The translations under genes and the position numbers were made by a program. Shown here piece after piece: positions 61,269-64,000 of a stretch of DNA of 64,000 nt. Each line of letters begins with the position of its first letter. Positions within the stretch are counted from its first letter, which is position 1. The notes under the pieces are model-generated. The model did not search any database and had not been told where the DNA came from. It saw only the letters and a list, made by a program, of their open reading frames with translations. The DNA comes from Callorhinchus milii (lineage: Eukaryota): NCBI RefSeq assembly GCF_018977255.1, contig NW_024704742.1, positions 127,412,001-127,476,000 on the forward strand, written 5' to 3'.

Positions 61269-61738
61269 CAGTGAAACTTATTAAAGCACCGTCTCACTTC
61301 AGAAGCCACATCCTGGCCACAACCACCACGCAACAGTCCCGACTGATTTTCCATAATAAATTACCTCCATTTAGGAACCACCTGTCCAACACAACCAGTG
61401 ACCACCCTGTTTTAACCCTGTCGGTGTACAGACACCCTTTATAGCGTCCCGTTCTAAGTGAATTTAAGTGTACTTAACCCTAATGCAGCATCAAATTCTA
61501 CAGGCTACGTGTAGACTCCCGCTAGACCTGTAGCACATTACCAACGCTGCCTTGAGCAGTCCATATGATGCCCACGGCTTCCCACCTCACCAGCAGGAAT
61601 CTACACGTGGGCCCACGGAATTAAAAAAAAATGTTTTGGATACAATCAAAGCACCAACAAACCCTTACTCAGAGGCCACCCTTCCATAAAGGCCACTTTG
61701 ATCCAGTCCCGAGCGGTTGCTGAAAACAGGTTTGACTA
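61269..61738. mobile_element. Candidate Tc1/mariner (Tigger/pogo-like) MITE with TA target site
   Basis: TA|CAGTGAAACTT...AGGTTTGACTA|TA, imperfect terminal inverted repeats (8/11); no coding capacity. Confidence 0.5.
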
Positions 61739-61913
61739 TAATCTTATAGAGGTGGATCATTACAATGTGTTCTGTATGTATAGCAGTGATAATAAAGCCC
61801 ACAATGTGATTCCAGAGCCTACAGGTGTAGTTCTGAGACTGTTGCAATATCTTGGTAGCAATTGCATGTTGGATGTGATGATACAAATGTCTTTTGTGAA
61901 TGGATGAGAAACA

Positions 61914-62258
61914 TAGTCCTGCAGCTCAGTGGTTAGAGCACTCGCTTTGTAAGCGAGACACTTGGGTTCAATTCCAGGCAGAGGGCGAAACCTTGGGCAA
62001 GTTTCCTTAATAATAATAATAATTATTATAAGTTTCCTGACTCCACACGCCTAATAATAATCCCTCCAAAACAAAACAATAATAAATTGGTCACTTTCAA
62101 TCCACCACTGTTTGTGGGACACTGCTGTGCGCAATTGGCTTCCGCGTTTTGCCCACAAATATACGGTCAATTCACTTTACAGTCTATTCTGTGAAGCGCT
62201 TTGAGATGTCGAGAAGACGTGAGAAGCGCTATATCAAATGCAAGTATTATTATTATAT
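61914..62258 (+). mobile_element. tRNA-Ala SINE copy with internal (TAA)n insertion flanked by duplicated aagtttcct
   Basis: aagtttcctt-aataataataataattattat-aagtttcctg at about 62000-62040. Confidence 0.88.
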
Positions 62259-64000
62259 TATAGTCACATGGAAGTTGTCATTTTAGTCTCAGCAATGTCT
62301 TTCAGATTGGATATAGGTACTATGGTTACAGCTTAATATTATACTGATCAGATCTATATAATTGAGTTCATTAAATAGTGCTACCTCATTAAGTTACATT
62401 GATCCTATGCAATTAGTTCGAAAGCTTCTTCGGGAATTTGGACTCTGACTTTGCAAATTCAGGAATTATATGGAGATTGTCTCTCTGGAGTGAGTCACAA
62501 TGACTCTATACTTCAAACTTCTTTAAAGCTCTCACAAGCCTCTCACTCAACGAGAGATTGCGAATAGTGCTGAAAGTCAAGGCTCCGCATTCTGGGAATG
62601 TTTCCAGGATTGTAGTGAGAAACAATGAGTCAAATGTACAATGTTATCTGATCTCCTAGACAGGGGGCAAATTAACCTTGTTCAATTGACGTCATTTATC
62701 ACCCTAATAATACAATTAAACTACTGTGTCCAATGGATAAATAAATATTAGTGGGATGAATTAACCCTATGATTGAAAAACTTCTAGAATCCCGGTTTGT
62801 AATGGAGAGATATATTTTTGCTACAAAAATAACAATACTTCAGATTAAAATTATTAAAGGTGCATTATAACAGTCATACAAGATGTTAAGCCTTTAATTC
62901 AGTTAGAGTATCAACCATAATCCTAACAATAAGAAATACAAAATCATTCATGCATACAAAGCATAAAGACATTGTTAGAATACTACCACAGATTATAAAA
63001 TCAAATAATTAGTGGGTATGGATGAAGATCAATCTATCTTAAACTGAATATGTAAAAACGTACATCAACTTGTACATAAAAGCTGAGTTAAATCGTTATT
63101 TCCTGAACCAATACTGAGATGGTGAGATCTGTGTGGCTGTAGATTCATTATAAACAATAATTATTATTTAATACACAACATTTCACATCAGGAGGACATC
63201 ACAAAGCTCTTCACAGGATGTATTGTAAATATCCTGTAGGTGAATGTGGCAGCCAATTTTGTGCTCAGCATATTCTCACAAACAGCCATGAAATGAGTGA
63301 CCAAGTTTATTCAGGGGATTGTTGACCAGGAAACCAGGAGAAACTCCGTTCTCTTTTCTAGTGGTGCTGTAATGCCTCATCCTATGGATAGTATTTATGA
63401 CAATGCCGCACACCCACAGCACTGCATTGGAGTGTCAGTTTAGACTAAATGAGTCTTGACATGGGGCTTGAACCCATAACCTTCTGTCTCAGAGGCAAGA
63501 GTGCTACCAACTGAGCCAGCCTGACACAACTGAGTTTAATGACTCATGTGATAACACTTCATCATGGTTAAGAATATCCAAACCAGACACATATGCATGC
63601 CACTTATGCTTGGAAATTTCCTTTGTGTGTCAGCTTGGCTCAATGGTAGCACTCTTGCCTCTGAGGCAAAAGGTTCAAGCCCCACATAGGGACTTGGAAT
63701 CGCATAGTCTACGATGAAACCCCAGTGTTGTGCTGGGGTGTATTGCATGTTGGAGGTGCCGTCCTTCGGATGAGACGTTAAACCAGAATCCCATCTGCCT
63801 AAGAGTAATATCTCTATATATACTATATTCACTGGACACAACAAATGTTTTTAATTAAATTAAATAAAATTAACTGTTTTGAATTAAATTAATTGTTCAA
63901 TTAAACTTTTTTAACCCAGCTATTGGATAGTGGTGCCAATCCTCCACTGTAGTGCTTGGAGAAAATATTGAATAACAATACTGAAGAGATATAGCATCCT

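Overview
Repeat-rich vertebrate genomic DNA, most likely a cartilaginous fish (inferred from the L2/CR1 LINE and tRNA/Deu-SINE repertoire and the urea-transporter sequence). The main gene is a facilitative urea transporter (SLC14A/UT family) on the minus strand. I reconstructed 8 coding exons by hand from GT-AG boundaries (133+190+129+193+148+135+50+168 nt, 381 aa; ATG at 48113, stop at 14335). A small upstream exon could add an in-frame N-terminal extension. Three things stand out. (1) About 5 kb upstream of the gene (53150-53860) is a diverged duplicate of its 5' end. It keeps a TATA-like box, a 46/49-identical core motif block and a TonE/NFAT5-consensus site. It also carries a paralogous first coding exon, in which a microhomology deletion moved the splice donor to phase 0. 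That exon could therefore splice in frame onto the functional gene as an alternative promoter/N-terminus. (2) Exons 4-7 lie in a three-copy tandem array (15727-34672), where one copy has an empty site and two carry a young L2 insertion. This is either a real intragenic duplication or, more likely, stacked haplotypes in the assembly. (3) A 3.47-kb, ORF2-only, nearly intact L2 LINE with a target-site duplication is present, together with a tRNA-Ala-derived SINE family that shares its 3' stem-loop with compensatory base changes. At the left end, a CpG island with a 3x53-bp NRF1/GC-box repeat and a CLEAR-like E-box precedes a probable first coding exon, possibly EPG5. The rest is L2, CR1 and Tx1 relics, SINEs, a MITE, an unclassified dispersed repeat and a 1.8-kb satellite-filled Helitron-like tract. 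Most ORFs in the supplied track are transposon-derived or low-complexity artefacts.
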